DNA of 64,000 nt, from the NCBI GenBank assembly GCA_916438525.1, contig CAKAER010000003.1, forward strand, positions 827,595 to 891,594, read 5' to 3'. Of this stretch, positions 20,589 to 32,086 are shown piece after piece. The position numbers and the translations under genes were made by a program. The stretch is from an uncultured Catonella sp. Lineage in GTDB: Bacteria > Bacillota > Clostridia > Lachnospirales > Lachnospiraceae. The first letter of the stretch is position 1. Every line of letters begins with the position of its first letter. The notes below the pieces were generated by a model that saw nothing but the letters and a program-made list of their open reading frames with translations, was not told where the DNA came from and made no database searches.

Positions 20589-21773
20589 TTATACTGCTGC
20601 TTCTTTATTTTTCATTGTAGACAAGAATATTAATACAGTTCCTACAACTGTAATCACAGAACCCACTATCATCATTCCGTTAGTTCCATATATGTCTATA
20701 AGCACTCCACCAAGCATCGAAGCAAACACTATTCCAAGCGTGTTTGCCATGGTCATATAGGCTTGTCCCTTAACCCGGTCACATTCCTCAACAACCTGGT
20801 TTGCATAGTAAACTGTAGCTACTACAAAGGTAGCAAAACCGAATAACTGGCATATCTGTACTATGTATAAACTTATCATATCAGGCACAAGTAAGGTAAG
20901 AATTATCTTAAGCATAATTCCAACACCTCCTACCCTTACCCAGGTACTACTGTCACGTTTCGCAACTAAATAAGCAAAACCAAACATTACAGGTATCTCA
21001 AATACTGCCGCAAGAGACAGACAGACACCCATATTTACATGGTTACCTCCCTTTAAGCTTACAATCTGGAACAAAAACACATTAATAAGATTATGACCTA
21101 CATAAGCGCAGATTGCACCTATAACAAATAAAGCCACCTTAGGGTATTTAACCAAAAATGGTCTTGTATCTGTTTCACTTTTCAATTCTTCTTCCACACT
21201 TCCCGGTGCTTTCTTAAAAGGAAATAAAACCGTACCCACAAGCAGGATAGCAGCCGAAAGCATGGTAGCTATGGGAACTATGCTGAGATTATTTCCTTTT
21301 GCAAAGGCTCCCATTGTATTTACAAGTATTGCATACACCATAGAAGCAGTCCCCCTTGCAGCCCCATAGTTAATAAGCTTCCCCTGGTTCATCATTTCCA
21401 TTGCCATGGAGTTAGTAAGAGGTACCATAAGCTGCATAATAGCTATGAGTGCTCCAAAGATTACGCCTATAGCAAGTACAAAATTATTGCCTACAGCAAG
21501 CAATACTACTGCCAAAGCAATCTGTAAGGCTGTAAACATAATAAGGAGGGCTTTAACCGATTTACTGTTTTCTCTATCCGCATAGCTTGACACCATCGCC
21601 TGTAAAACTGCCGAAATTATACAGCCTAAACCGGAAATTATCCCTACTTCTGTATTGGAAAAGCCCTTTGCAAGCAAAAATACCGATGTGTATCCCATAA
21701 GAGGTGCATACATCGCCCACATGCCTATCTGTATCACTATATATTTGAACGTGAGATTTCTCTTTTCCTTCAT
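20589..21773 (-). CDS. MFS transporter (MFS_1-like)
   Basis: About 12 hydrophobic segments; NYGAARGTAS, EIPVMF. Confidence 0.8.
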   Translation of the reverse strand: MKEKRNLTFKYIVIQIGMWAMYAPLMGYTSVFLLAKGFSNTEVGIISGLGCIISAVLQAMVSSYADRENSKSVKALLIMFTALQIALAVVLLAVGNNFVLAIGVIFGALIAIMQLMVPLTNSMAMEMMNQGKLINYGAARGTASMVYAILVNTMGAFAKGNNLSIVPIATMLSAAILLVGTVLFPFKKAPGSVEEELKSETDTRPFLVKYPKVALFVIGAICAYVGHNLINVFLFQIVSLKGGNHVNMGVCLSLAAVFEIPVMFGFAYLVAKRDSSTWVRVGGVGIMLKIILTLLVPDMISLYIVQICQLFGFATFVVATVYYANQVVEECDRVKGQAYMTMANTLGIVFASMLGGVLIDIYGTNGMMIVGSVITVVGTVLIFLSTMKNKEAAV

Positions 21774-21910
21774 TTTTCCACCAAGTCCTCAGCTTTATAT
21801 TATACATACGACATAATCCACATCATAATAAAACAAACAAGCGCGATTATCAATTATATTTTTTATTATTTTATTTGACTAATTTTATAAGCAGATATCA
21901 AAATTTCAGA

Positions 21911-23323
21911 TTATATTTCCCCTTTCACAAGCCTTTTAAAAACCTCTCCTCTTTCTTCAAAGTTCTTAAAAATGCCATAGCTTGCAGCCGCAGGGCTCAT
22001 TACACAGGACTTTCCCTTCCCTGTAAGCTTCTTTGCAAGCTTGACTGCTTCAGCGAGATTATCCACAAGATGAAGCCTTTCCGAGTTGTTAAGCTCCATA
22101 TACCCCATTTTCACCTCTTCCTTTATCCTTGCCCCAGTAGTCTCCATAAGGATGATATTTGGCACAGGCGAGGTTTCAAGATATTTTATCAGAGGTTCAT
22201 AATCTATCCCCCTGTCCATACCGCCTATGATAATGGTATCTGTATCTTTTATGGTATTCATCGCTTCTATAGCTGTCTCAGGTATGGTAGATATGGAGTC
22301 ATCATAGTACTTAACTCCATCAATATTTCCTACAAATTCAAGGCGGTGCGGAAGAGTTTTATAAGTTTTAAGTGCCTTATTAAAGCCTTCTACAGAAACC
22401 CCCAAATCTGTGCAAACCGCAAAAGCTACAGCTATATCAAAGAAATTATGAAAACCCTTTAAGCTTATTTCATCCTCATTTATTCCTGTAGTATATGACT
22501 TGTGAGATATAAAATCATTTTCTACAAATGTAGTAACATGCTCATCATTTTCAAACTCTTTATCTTCACGATTAAAATCATAGATTACCGTAACAGCCGA
22601 CTTTGCTTCACCTTCTTTTGGAATAACACCTGTACCGCAGTAAAGTTTGTCTTTCTCACTCTGATTCTTATAGATATTTTCTTTTGATGCTCTATATTTT
22701 TCAAAGCTTCCATAATGGTCAAGATGTTCAGGGAAAACATTCAGGTACACTCCTATATGAGGTGAATATTTGCCATATTCAAGCTGGTGGCAGGAAAGCT
22801 CAAAAACTATTTTCGTGTTTTCTTTTATCTCATCTATCAGATGAAAGGCAGGAATACCTATATTTCCGACCAAAAGTGTATCAAAGCTGTTTTCCTTTAA
22901 CTCATGGTAGATGAGGGTTGTGGTAGTGCTTTTTCCCTTGGTACCTGTTATACCTATAGTCTGGCTTCCATAAACCTTTAAAAAATACTCAGTCTGAGAT
23001 GTAATAAGGGCTTTGTACTCTGAAAATGGTTTAGACAGGACTACTCCCGGACTTTTAAACACTATTTCAAATTCATCTATATGAGCCAGATAATCAGCCC
23101 CTGTAATAGTTTTGATTTTTGATACGCTCATACCTGATTTGCCGGCTATTTCATTAGCCTCTTCTATGTTAATCTCATTTTGGTCTGCTATGGCAAGCTC
23201 ACTTACTCCTCCTGCCCTTGCCACAACTTCAAGGTTCAGCTTTCCTTCTCTGCCAAAGCCCAGTATTAGTACCTTTTTCCCCGATATTTCTTCTTTTAGT
23301 GCCTTTATAAGCTTATTTTCCAT
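21911..23323 (-). CDS. murD: UDP-MurNAc-L-Ala--D-glutamate ligase
   Basis: LGFGREG, KSPGV, GITGTKGKSTT, GNIG, HLDH, PHRLE, SPAAASY..FKNFEERG. Confidence 0.93.
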   Translation of the reverse strand: MENKLIKALKEEISGKKVLILGFGREGKLNLEVVARAGGVSELAIADQNEINIEEANEIAGKSGMSVSKIKTITGADYLAHIDEFEIVFKSPGVVLSKPFSEYKALITSQTEYFLKVYGSQTIGITGTKGKSTTTTLIYHELKENSFDTLLVGNIGIPAFHLIDEIKENTKIVFELSCHQLEYGKYSPHIGVYLNVFPEHLDHYGSFEKYRASKENIYKNQSEKDKLYCGTGVIPKEGEAKSAVTVIYDFNREDKEFENDEHVTTFVENDFISHKSYTTGINEDEISLKGFHNFFDIAVAFAVCTDLGVSVEGFNKALKTYKTLPHRLEFVGNIDGVKYYDDSISTIPETAIEAMNTIKDTDTIIIGGMDRGIDYEPLIKYLETSPVPNIILMETTGARIKEEVKMGYMELNNSERLHLVDNLAEAVKLAKKLTGKGKSCVMSPAAASYGIFKNFEERGEVFKRLVKGEI

Positions 23324-23363
23324 GAGTCTGCCTTTCTGACTTAATTACACTCAACAACTCTTT

Positions 23364-23651
23364 TTACACAGCTTTAATCTTTACTGCCATTACCTGGCTG
23401 TCTTTAACCGCTACCATCCTATGTTCTACATTAGCCGGTATTTCAAGCAGTTCAAGACTTTTTAGTGTAACAGCCTCATCTGTCATAAGCAGGATTTCGC
23501 CCTCTATCACAAAGATTAGAATCTCTGCTTCATTTTTATATTCGGGTACTTCATTGCCTGACTTAAGGGATAAATGTACTACCTCATATTTGTCCTTGCT
23601 TGTTACAATTCTTCCAAGCAAGGTATTTGGATCTAAAAAATGCTTTTCCAT
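23364..23651 (-). CDS. Small cupin-fold protein
   Basis: FVIEGEI..IPANVEH cupin-like pattern. Confidence 0.6.
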   Translation of the reverse strand: MEKHFLDPNTLLGRIVTSKDKYEVVHLSLKSGNEVPEYKNEAEILIFVIEGEILLMTDEAVTLKSLELLEIPANVEHRMVAVKDSQVMAVKIKAV

Positions 23652-23812
23652 TACACAGCCTCCATATTGTTTATAATCCCATAAACAAAGACACCTGCCT
23701 TAATTTCCTTAAAACAGATGCCTTATTAAAAGTTTCTCACCTATCAACATCCATAGTCTAATGTTATCACCAGAGTCTGTGTTTTTCAAGCTTTAACTTA
23801 ATCAAATTACTG

Positions 23813-25852
23813 CTAAAGCAGTCCTCCTATTGCTACAAAAAGCGGTGCAAATACAACTGCAACTATTGTCATAAGCTTTATAAGAATATTGATAGAAGGG
23901 CCTGAAGTATCCTTAAAAGGATCACCTACTGTGTCTCCTACTACTGCTGCCTTGTGAGGAGCACTCCCCTTTCCTCCGAAATGTCCTTCTTCTATATATT
24001 TCTTGGCATTATCCCAGGCACCGCCTGCATTTGACATCATTATTGCAAGAAGTACACCTGATGAAAGCGCACCTGCAAGCATACCGCCAAGAGCCTCGGT
24101 TCCCATAACTATACCTACCACAAGCGGAGCTACTATAGCCATAAGTCCCGGAAGTATCATTTCCTTAAGAGCAGCCTTGGTTGAAATATCTACACACTTT
24201 GCATAATCAGGCTTAGATGTACCTTCCATTATTCCCTTATCTTCCTTAAACTGTCTTCTAACCTCTTCTATCATCTCATTTGCAGCCCTGCCCACCGAAT
24301 TCATAGTCATAGCAGAGAACAGGAAAGGAAGCATAGCTCCTATAAAAAGTCCTGCTATTACAAGCGGATCTAAAAGGCTTATGGAATCAAGCTTTGCTAC
24401 CTGTGAATATGAGGCAAAAAGCGCAAGCGCTGTAAGTGCAGCTGAACCAATGGCAAAACCCTTACCTATAGCTGCTGTAGTATTACCTACCGCATCAAGC
24501 TTATCTGTAATTTCCCTGACTTCGTGAGGGAGTTCACACATTTCGGCTATACCGCCCGCATTATCAGAAACAGGACCATAGGCATCTACCGCAACAGTCA
24601 TAGCCGTAGTTGAAAGCATACCCACTGCCGCAAGAGCAATTCCATAAAGCCCTGCAAAGGCATTGGCAACAAGGATACCTGCCGCAACACAGAGAATAGG
24701 CCAGAGGGTAGACATCATTCCTACTCCAAGTCCTGAAATTATTGTAGTGGCTGAACCTGTCTGAGACTGTTCCGCTATCTTCTTTACATGCTTATAATCA
24801 CCTGAGGTATAGACTTCTGTAAGTTTACCTATGGCTATGCCGACTACAAGTCCTGCTATGATTGCTATGGCAGGATTATAACTATTTAACAAAAGCTTAC
24901 TCATTATAAATGAGGCTGCTATAACTATAATACCACTGACATAAGTTCCTGCATTAAGGGCTGATGCCGGATTGCCGCCCTCTTTTCCTCTTACAAACAG
25001 AATTCCTATGATAGAGGCAATAATGCCTGTTGCTGACAGGAGAAGTGGAAAGAGCGCTCCCACAAATGGTTCAAGCTCAAATTCTGCACCTATCTGAGGT
25101 GTAATTTTAGGAATAAGGACCGCTAAAGTTATAGCAGAAATTATAGAGCCAACATATGATTCAAAGAGGTCAGAACCCATACCGGCTACATCTCCTACAT
25201 TATCACCTACATTATCAGCTATAACGGCAGGATTTCTTGGATCATCCTCAGGAATTCCGGCTTCTACCTTACCCACCAGGTCAGCTCCCACATCAGCCGC
25301 CTTTGTATAAATTCCGCCACCTACACGCCCAAAAAGAGCCATAGAAGAAGCCCCCAGTCCAAAGCCTGTGATTACCTCTGCAGAGTCCACACCCAGGGCT
25401 ACAAAAACTACTCCAAGTCCAAGCAGACCAAGCCCTGTTACACAAAGTCCCATAACAGCTCCGGAACGGAAAGCTACTTTAAGAGCTTTTACCATACCAC
25501 TTTCTCTGGCTGCATTGGCTGTCCTTACATTTCCTTTGGTCGCTACCGTCATACCAAAATATCCTGCAAGTACGGAAAGAAGTGCCCCTACCAGGTAAAG
25601 CAGTGCCGTAACCCAGCTGTTAAGCAATACTCCGATAAGAACAAACAATATAGCTACCACAATTACCATAGTCTTATATTCACGACTAAGGAAAGCCATA
25701 GCTCCTTCATGGATATATCCCGATATTTCCTTCATCCTGTCAGTTCCGTTATCCAGGCTTCCAATCCATTTTGCCAGAGCAAAAGCAAAAATAAGTGCAA
25801 CTGCTGCACAAATCGGCACTAAAATCGGTAATGAATCCATTAAGTTATTCAT
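23813..25852 (-). CDS. hppA: Membrane pyrophosphatase, K+-dependent (probably Na+-translocating)
   Basis: [32 protein letters not shown] (Ala marks the K+-dependent class), [10 protein letters not shown]. Confidence 0.95.
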   Translation of the reverse strand: MNNLMDSLPILVPICAAVALIFAFALAKWIGSLDNGTDRMKEISGYIHEGAMAFLSREYKTMVIVVAILFVLIGVLLNSWVTALLYLVGALLSVLAGYFGMTVATKGNVRTANAARESGMVKALKVAFRSGAVMGLCVTGLGLLGLGVVFVALGVDSAEVITGFGLGASSMALFGRVGGGIYTKAADVGADLVGKVEAGIPEDDPRNPAVIADNVGDNVGDVAGMGSDLFESYVGSIISAITLAVLIPKITPQIGAEFELEPFVGALFPLLLSATGIIASIIGILFVRGKEGGNPASALNAGTYVSGIIVIAASFIMSKLLLNSYNPAIAIIAGLVVGIAIGKLTEVYTSGDYKHVKKIAEQSQTGSATTIISGLGVGMMSTLWPILCVAAGILVANAFAGLYGIALAAVGMLSTTAMTVAVDAYGPVSDNAGGIAEMCELPHEVREITDKLDAVGNTTAAIGKGFAIGSAALTALALFASYSQVAKLDSISLLDPLVIAGLFIGAMLPFLFSAMTMNSVGRAANEMIEEVRRQFKEDKGIMEGTSKPDYAKCVDISTKAALKEMILPGLMAIVAPLVVGIVMGTEALGGMLAGALSSGVLLAIMMSNAGGAWDNAKKYIEEGHFGGKGSAPHKAAVVGDTVGDPFKDTSGPSINILIKLMTIVAVVFAPLFVAIGGLL

Positions 25853-26144
25853 TCACACATCCTCCTCATAAATATTTTTAGTTTACTAATCTCTGGTTAG
25901 CTTTTAAATTTTAGTATGTTTTTCACTAAAAATCAAGTCATTTATAGATAATTATGATATATGTGCATAGTTTTTTTATAAAACTTTGTTATATTTTTTT
26001 AACATCTTTGTCATTATTTGTTAGTTTTTATATAATATTATATGCAGTTTTACCAAATTTTTACAAAAAAACAAAGAGCAGAGATAATAGTCACTATCAT
26101 CTCTACCCTCAAACATATCAGTTTTTATTATTAACCTGTATACT

Positions 26145-27442
26145 TTAGTCCAGTTTCTCACTTATATCCGTCTCAAAAAACTGTTTCATAGCAGCCTCAA
26201 GGTAATATGTATCTTTTACTCCGCCACTTTCATACGGAGAATGCATGGCCCACTGCGCCATACCTATGTCTACAGCATTAAGCGATACCTGGGTATTGGA
26301 AATGTTGCCAAGAGTTGAACCTCCTGCCACATCTGAACGGTTGGTAAAGGTCTGAACCGGAACTCCTGCCTCATTACAGATATCCCTGAATACTGCTCCG
26401 AAACAGCATCTGTGGTGTATTTCTGGTTTGCATTATACTTAATAACTACTCCTTTATTCACTACCGGACGGTTACATGGATCTGCTTTCTCGGCGTAGTT
26501 AGGGTGTACCGAATGTGCATTATCGGCAGACACCATAAAGCTCTTTGCTACAGCCTGTAAGTAGCTCTCCTCATCTCCGCCAAGGGCCTTATTTACACGC
26601 ATAAGCACATCCTTAAGGAAAGTAGATGCTGCCCCCTGCTTCGTACCCGAGCCTACTTCTTCATTGTCAAATACACAATGAACTGCAATATTATTTTTAT
26701 TTTTCGCTTCTATTATACTCTCTGCACCTGCAAATACACACTGCAGGTCATCAAGCCTGCCCGCTGCTATAAACTCATTATTAGCGCCCCAGATAGTCCC
26801 CTTAACTCTGTTAGTTAAAAAAAGGTCTGTATCAAGTATGGCTTCTTTAGAAATATTTAACTCTTTTGCAATTACATCATATAGATTTATTTCTGAACCA
26901 AGCTCTGCAAATACAGGCTCAGCATCCACCTGTGCATTATATTTGTAGCCCTCATTAGCCTCACGGTTCATATGTATTGCAAGGTTTGGTATCATAATGA
27001 TGTCTCTGTCTATATGCAGTAAGCATTCTTCTATCTTGTTTCCATTTTTTACCATAACCCTTCCGGCTATTCCAAGTGGTCTGTCAAACCAGGGGGCCAT
27101 AAGCATACCGCCATATTTCTCAATATTTAATTTTACAAAATTCTTCTCAGCAGTAATTTCAGCGTTAGCTTTTATCTTAAATGTAGGAGAATCACTGTGG
27201 GCTGCAGTTATGTTAAAACCTTTAAATTCCTCTTCCGGTACCCTGAAAGCTATAATTGCCGAGTTATTTCTTGTAACAAAATAATTTCCGCCCCTTTTTA
27301 CTTCAAATTTCTCTTTTTCGTAAAGCCTCTTAAATCCTGCTTTCTCATACATTTTTCCAAGGGCATCTGCTACATGGAAAGGACTTGGGTTTACATCCAG
27401 AAATCCTATAAGTCTTTTTGAAGCTTCTGTATATTTATCCAT
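26145..27442 (-). CDS. M18 aspartyl aminopeptidase (ApeB-like; frameshift near 26390)
   Basis: AHSDSP, YGG..WFDRPL, RLDD, DNEEVGS, DNAHSVHPNY, GGSTLG, MHS. Confidence 0.9.
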
Positions 27443-27701
27443 ATTTTTACAATTCCTTTCAATAAATTGGTCTATCCCAGATATTCTATCAGAACTTTTT
27501 TCAACCTTCAAGGCTTAACTCATTTGCAAATTCTATAAATGACTGATATTATAAGTATTAATAATGTTCCTTTTTATATTTTTTTAGCAGGAGAATAATT
27601 GAGATTTAACTTGAAAAATATTCTTATTATTGATATACTTATTATTACGTTTTTTTACACTATTGACTCTGGCTTAACTATTACAATCACGAGGTGTTTA
27701 T

Positions 27702-29033
27702 ATGAAAACAAAAACTTTATTTGGTTCTTTTGTCATCTTTTGTATTCTCATCCTGGTTACAGCCTGTACAAGCAATGTCGCAAGACCTGTCATGGAAGAT
27801 ACTGAGATAAGTCTCTGGACTTACCCGATAGGTGACTGGGGAAATAAAAAAGTCGTAAATGGGCTTATTAAAAAGTTCAATGAAATACACCCGGAAATCT
27901 CGGTTCAGGTAAAATTTCTCGACTATAGATATGGTGACAAAGAAGTTAATGCGGCCGTTAAAGCCGGGAAAACTCCCGATGTTATAATTGAAGGTCCTGA
28001 AAGACTTGTAGCAAACTGGGGCAGACGCGGACTTATGTCAGACCTTTCTGATATGTATACAGATGCCTCTAAGGATATATACGAAAATATAACATTTGCC
28101 TGTCGCTCAAATGATGGAAAATACTACGAATACCCGCTTTCCATGGCTACACATTGTATGGCAATAAACAAAAGAATATTTGAAGAAGCAGATGCTCTTA
28201 AATATATAAATCTTTCAAATTATACCTGGACTACTGTAAATTTTTTTAAGGCAGTAGATGCCATATATAAAAGTGGTCACAAAAAAGTATTGAGCATATA
28301 TTGTAATGGTCAGAGCGGAGATCAGGGTAGCAGGGCTCTGATAAACAATCTTTATGACGGCTCTTTCACAGACAAAGAACATCAGTCATATACAATAGAC
28401 TCCACCAATAATATAGCAGCCATTACTGCCCTTATTTCCAGAAAAGGAATTTCCATTGCCCCTGACTTAAACAGCGTAGAAGAAATTGATAAGTTTCGTA
28501 GAGGAGAGCTTGCGATGTCCATCTGTTGGAATCCCTCGCCACATAACGATAAATCTATAAGCAGGGCAGGAAAAACCATCGCAGGTGATGAAATTATCCC
28601 AATGCACTTCCCATCTCCAAGCGGCTCTTCAAAATTAGTAGGAGGTATCTGGGGCTTTGGTATTTTCGATAGCAAAAATGAAAGCAAGATAAAAGCCGCA
28701 AAAATTTTCATTGATTATATGGCAAATGATCCTGACGGAGTAAGGGCTGCTGTAAAAGCCAGTCACTTTTTTCCTGTTCACAAAGAAATCACCGATATTT
28801 ATAGCGATACCGAAATCGGTGAAACCATGGATTTGTTTTCCAAAAACTTTATGCTATCTATGGGAGATTATTACCAGGTAACTCCCGGGTGGGCTGAAGT
28901 TCGTCCATTATGGTGGAAGGCCCTGCAGGATATAGCAAACGGAAAAGATATAAGAGAAACACTTACCAGGTGCAACAACAAAGCAAATGAAATTGCTCAT
29001 AAAGCCAGTTCTAAGCTTGTAAGGCAGTATTAA
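27702..29033 (+). CDS. Sugar-type ABC solute-binding lipoprotein (no adjacent permease)
   Basis: Lipobox LVTAC; FNEIHPEISV, GKTPDV, GKYYEYP, WGFGIF, KAAKIFIDY. Confidence 0.8.
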   Translation: MKTKTLFGSFVIFCILILVTACTSNVARPVMEDTEISLWTYPIGDWGNKKVVNGLIKKFNEIHPEISVQVKFLDYRYGDKEVNAAVKAGKTPDVIIEGPERLVANWGRRGLMSDLSDMYTDASKDIYENITFACRSNDGKYYEYPLSMATHCMAINKRIFEEADALKYINLSNYTWTTVNFFKAVDAIYKSGHKKVLSIYCNGQSGDQGSRALINNLYDGSFTDKEHQSYTIDSTNNIAAITALISRKGISIAPDLNSVEEIDKFRRGELAMSICWNPSPHNDKSISRAGKTIAGDEIIPMHFPSPSGSSKLVGGIWGFGIFDSKNESKIKAAKIFIDYMANDPDGVRAAVKASHFFPVHKEITDIYSDTEIGETMDLFSKNFMLSMGDYYQVTPGWAEVRPLWWKALQDIANGKDIRETLTRCNNKANEIAHKASSKLVRQY

Positions 29034-29147
29034 AAAAGCGTGTGTCTGTACACACTTCGCGTGTGGGCGGTGCCGTAAGGTAAACTTCCCTGCTGTGAGT
29101 CCGGTATCCCCGGGAAAGATTTTTGTTTAATAAGAAATTTCTTACAA

Positions 29148-29189
29148 AAAATGGGCTGTCACGCCAAAATAAGCGACAGCCCATTTTCC
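29148..29189. terminator. Bidirectional terminator
   Basis: AAAATGGGCTGTC...GACAGCCCATTTT between convergent genes. Confidence 0.8.
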
Positions 29190-29247
29190 CTGTTTTGATT
29201 ACTACAACAAAAGTACCCCGGTACTTGCGCCCTATGTTATAACCAGG

Positions 29248-30192
29248 TTATTCATTACTTTCAATTATAGTTCCTGCTCTTCCCTTTATTCCATGCAAAA
29301 CCTTATCAAGAGAAGTTATTATGGCTCTCTTTTTTACGCCTGTAGTCACAAACTCCACAGCAGCCTCTATTTTAGCAAGATCAAGTCCCGGTTCAAAATT
29401 TCCTTCTTCCATATATTTTCCTGCCTCATCCACAGTTATCTTTTCAAGCGGCATTTCATCAGCTTTTCCTTTATGTACAATTAAATTATCCTTATTGGTA
29501 AGAAAAATTATTTCATCAGCTTCAAGCATCTGCGCAAGCCTTGCCGCAGTAAAATCCTTTTCTATAATAGCACTGGCTCCCTTAAGTACAGTTCCCTGCT
29601 GCATTACAGGTATACCACCGCCTCCGCAGGCTATAACTACCTGATCCGCCTCTGCAAGAGCTCTTATCGCATCTATCTCATAGATATCAATCGGTCTTGG
29701 CGAAGGAATTACTCTTCTAAAGCCCCTTTCCTCTTCCACCACAAAGTTACCCTTATTCACCTCGGCATCTGCCTCGTCACGATTCATATATCTTCCGATA
29801 ACCTTTGTGGGATTGGTAAATGCCTTATCAAAAGGATCGACTCTCACCTGGGTTATTATGGTGCAGACTGTTTTATATATCCCTCTGTTTAAGAGCGACT
29901 CTCTTATGCTATTTTGCAAATCATAGCCTATATAACCCTGGCTTAAGGCACCACAGACTGACATAGGTGCTACAGAAAACTCCGGTTCAAGCCTTGAGTA
30001 CTCGGTCATAGCTGTATGGAGCATACCTATCTGCTCTCCATTGCTGTGTGTTACTACCACTCTGTAGCCTGCCAGTACAATATCTGCTATCTTCTCAGCC
30101 GCCTTCTTCACATTTTCCTTCTGCTTTGGTATAGTCTTTCCAAATGCATTTCTTCCAAGTGCTACAACAACCAGTTTCTTTTCATTTTCCAT
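29248..30192 (-). CDS. arcC: Carbamate kinase-like protein (divergent motifs)
   Basis: VVVALG.NA, SQGYIGY, TQVRVD..D.AF.NPTK, GFRRVIPSP.P, CGGGGIPV. Confidence 0.8.
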   Translation of the reverse strand: MENEKKLVVVALGRNAFGKTIPKQKENVKKAAEKIADIVLAGYRVVVTHSNGEQIGMLHTAMTEYSRLEPEFSVAPMSVCGALSQGYIGYDLQNSIRESLLNRGIYKTVCTIITQVRVDPFDKAFTNPTKVIGRYMNRDEADAEVNKGNFVVEEERGFRRVIPSPRPIDIYEIDAIRALAEADQVVIACGGGGIPVMQQGTVLKGASAIIEKDFTAARLAQMLEADEIIFLTNKDNLIVHKGKADEMPLEKITVDEAGKYMEEGNFEPGLDLAKIEAAVEFVTTGVKKRAIITSLDKVLHGIKGRAGTIIESNE

Positions 30193-30223
30193 ATTCCCCT
30201 CCAGGCAAAACATTTCATCCCAA

Positions 30224-30856
30224 TTATTTTTTCAAGCGTGGTAAAACCTTCATAATTGATGTAAGTATCACAAAAAGCAAGATGCTGTCAAGCGGTATCA
30301 TAATAAGGTTTTTAACCAGTCTGACCGGCATAAGAGTCATAAATGCCTGTCCTCTTTCAAAGGCCATTAAATAAGTCCCCATCCCCGCATTTATAAATAC
30401 TTTTACCAAGGTCTGTGCAAATACTATCCTCATAAAACTTACCGGTTTCTTATAAAGTATAGCACCGAATACAAGACCTGCAAGCATTGCCATCGCTGTA
30501 TATGCCAGGTTAAAGGAGCCATTTGGTTTTATTATAAACTTTATTATATCCATAATTCCACCATACGCAGCACCTACAACCGGTCCAAACATAAAGTCCA
30601 CAATCCTGTTAGGTATCCAGGCATAAGTTATTGAAAATGGTCCTAAATGTATAGAGGCAAACATTCCAAGTATAACGCTTAACGCTCCCATAAGTCCGCA
30701 TAAAACAACGGTATGCAGATTTTTAAATTCTACTGCTGATTTTATAAATGTTTTTGGCAAAGTCACAGTTTCCTTTACAAAATTCACCGGAAAATCAGCC
30801 ACCCCCTGTAGTTCTGCTACAAGGGCATTTTTCTTTGGCACTTCTTTTTCATTCAT
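30224..30856 (-). CDS. folT: Folate ECF transporter S component
   Basis: Hydrophobic, MFGPVVGAAYGGIMDIIKFIIKP.G; preceded by a THF riboswitch. Confidence 0.88.
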   Translation of the reverse strand: MNEKEVPKKNALVAELQGVADFPVNFVKETVTLPKTFIKSAVEFKNLHTVVLCGLMGALSVILGMFASIHLGPFSITYAWIPNRIVDFMFGPVVGAAYGGIMDIIKFIIKPNGSFNLAYTAMAMLAGLVFGAILYKKPVSFMRIVFAQTLVKVFINAGMGTYLMAFERGQAFMTLMPVRLVKNLIMIPLDSILLFVILTSIMKVLPRLKK

Positions 30857-30924
30857 AATATTAACCTCCTTTGCAGTTTATCCGTACTACAAAAGAGTAT
30901 TATCAACGAAAATACTCTGATGTA

Positions 30925-31023
30925 ACAGCGGGATGCGAAAATCCCATCGCGAGTTCTTTCACTCTTCGTTCTGTCAGCAACTCCCCGTCTGACCGACACT
31001 TTACGCTGGATTTCCTACTCTGC
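30925..31023 (-). promoter_or_regulatory. THF riboswitch followed by a terminator hairpin (about 30892-30919)
   Basis: GCAGAGTAGG..GCGTAAAGTG..GGGGAGTTG..AACGAAG..CGCG..GCATCCCGCTG matches the THF aptamer pattern; upstream TTGACA-17-TATACT promoter. Confidence 0.9.
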
Positions 31024-31161
31024 TTTTAATATTTAATTTGCATCAGATATATCTGATACATAAAATAGAGTATAAAATAGAACCATCCCTCTGTCAAGCA
31101 ATTAAAGGCAACAAAAAGCCCCTACCCGACAGACTTTTCTGTCAAACAAGGACCTTCCCAG

Positions 31162-31234
31162 TGCGTCTTCAGGGGCTCGAACCCTGGACACCCTGATTAA
31201 GAGTCAGGTGCTCTACCAGCTGAGCTAAAGACGC
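31162..31234 (-). tRNA. tRNA-Lys(CUU), CCA not encoded
   Basis: Cloverleaf GCGTCTT/AAGACGC acceptor, CCTGA-CTCTTAA-TCAGG anticodon arm, GTTCGAGCC T-arm; TTGCAT-17-TATAAT promoter. Confidence 0.96.
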
Positions 31235-31390
31235 ATACTCTTTTGTTGAACGCAAGGAACATTATATACTAAAAATTTATAAAAATGCAAGAAAAAAAGT
31301 TCAATTAAATTTTTGCACTAATTTTAATATTATTTTTCAATATTTTTATTGTGCATTTTTAAGAGAATTGCTTTACATGATGTAAAGGTA

Positions 31391-31858
31391 TCATTCACCA
31401 GATTTTTTCTTCCTCAGCTCCCTGAAAAATGCGCTCATCATTTCAGCACATTCCTCCTCAAGAACTCCCCGTTTAACCTCAGCCTTATGGTTAAACCTGT
31501 CTTCTTCAAGTAGATTAAATATAGAGCCTGCACAACCTGCCTTCTTGTTCATAGCCCCTATAACCACCCGCTTAACCCTCGACTGCACTATCGCCCCTGC
31601 ACACATCTGGCAAGGCTCAAGAGTTACATAGAGAGTACATTCCTCAAGTCTCCAGTCACCTATTTTTTTACAGGCTTTCTTTATAGCCATCATTTCTGCA
31701 TGGGCAAGTGCTGTATGATCTGTGTTACGCCTGTTGTAGCCCCTTGCAATAATCTTTTCATCTAAAACTATTACACAGCCTATTGGTACTTCCTCTAATT
31801 TTCTTGCCTTTTCAGCCTGGCTGATTGCCTGTTTCATCCATTTTTCATCTGTTGTCAT
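31391..31858 (-). CDS. tadA: tRNA adenosine(34) deaminase
   Basis: EVPIG, HAE, TLEPCQMC, FFRELR. Confidence 0.95.
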   Translation of the reverse strand: MTTDEKWMKQAISQAEKARKLEEVPIGCVIVLDEKIIARGYNRRNTDHTALAHAEMMAIKKACKKIGDWRLEECTLYVTLEPCQMCAGAIVQSRVKRVVIGAMNKKAGCAGSIFNLLEEDRFNHKAEVKRGVLEEECAEMMSAFFRELRKKKSGE

Positions 31859-32086
31859 TGCATTTTTTCCTTTTTTATAGAGATTAGACAGGATTGTTTC
31901 GGCTTCACCTCCCGCAATCCTTGCAAAAATATTCGTAATCTGAATATTTTAACAAAAATTATTTTCTGCACATTTAGATATTGACTATTAAGACAATATC
32001 GGATAATGTTTTTATATAAGGATTGTGGAAAGCCAGGTTTCATAATCCTGTGACTGATTTAGTTATATTATAATAGGATAGGTGAT

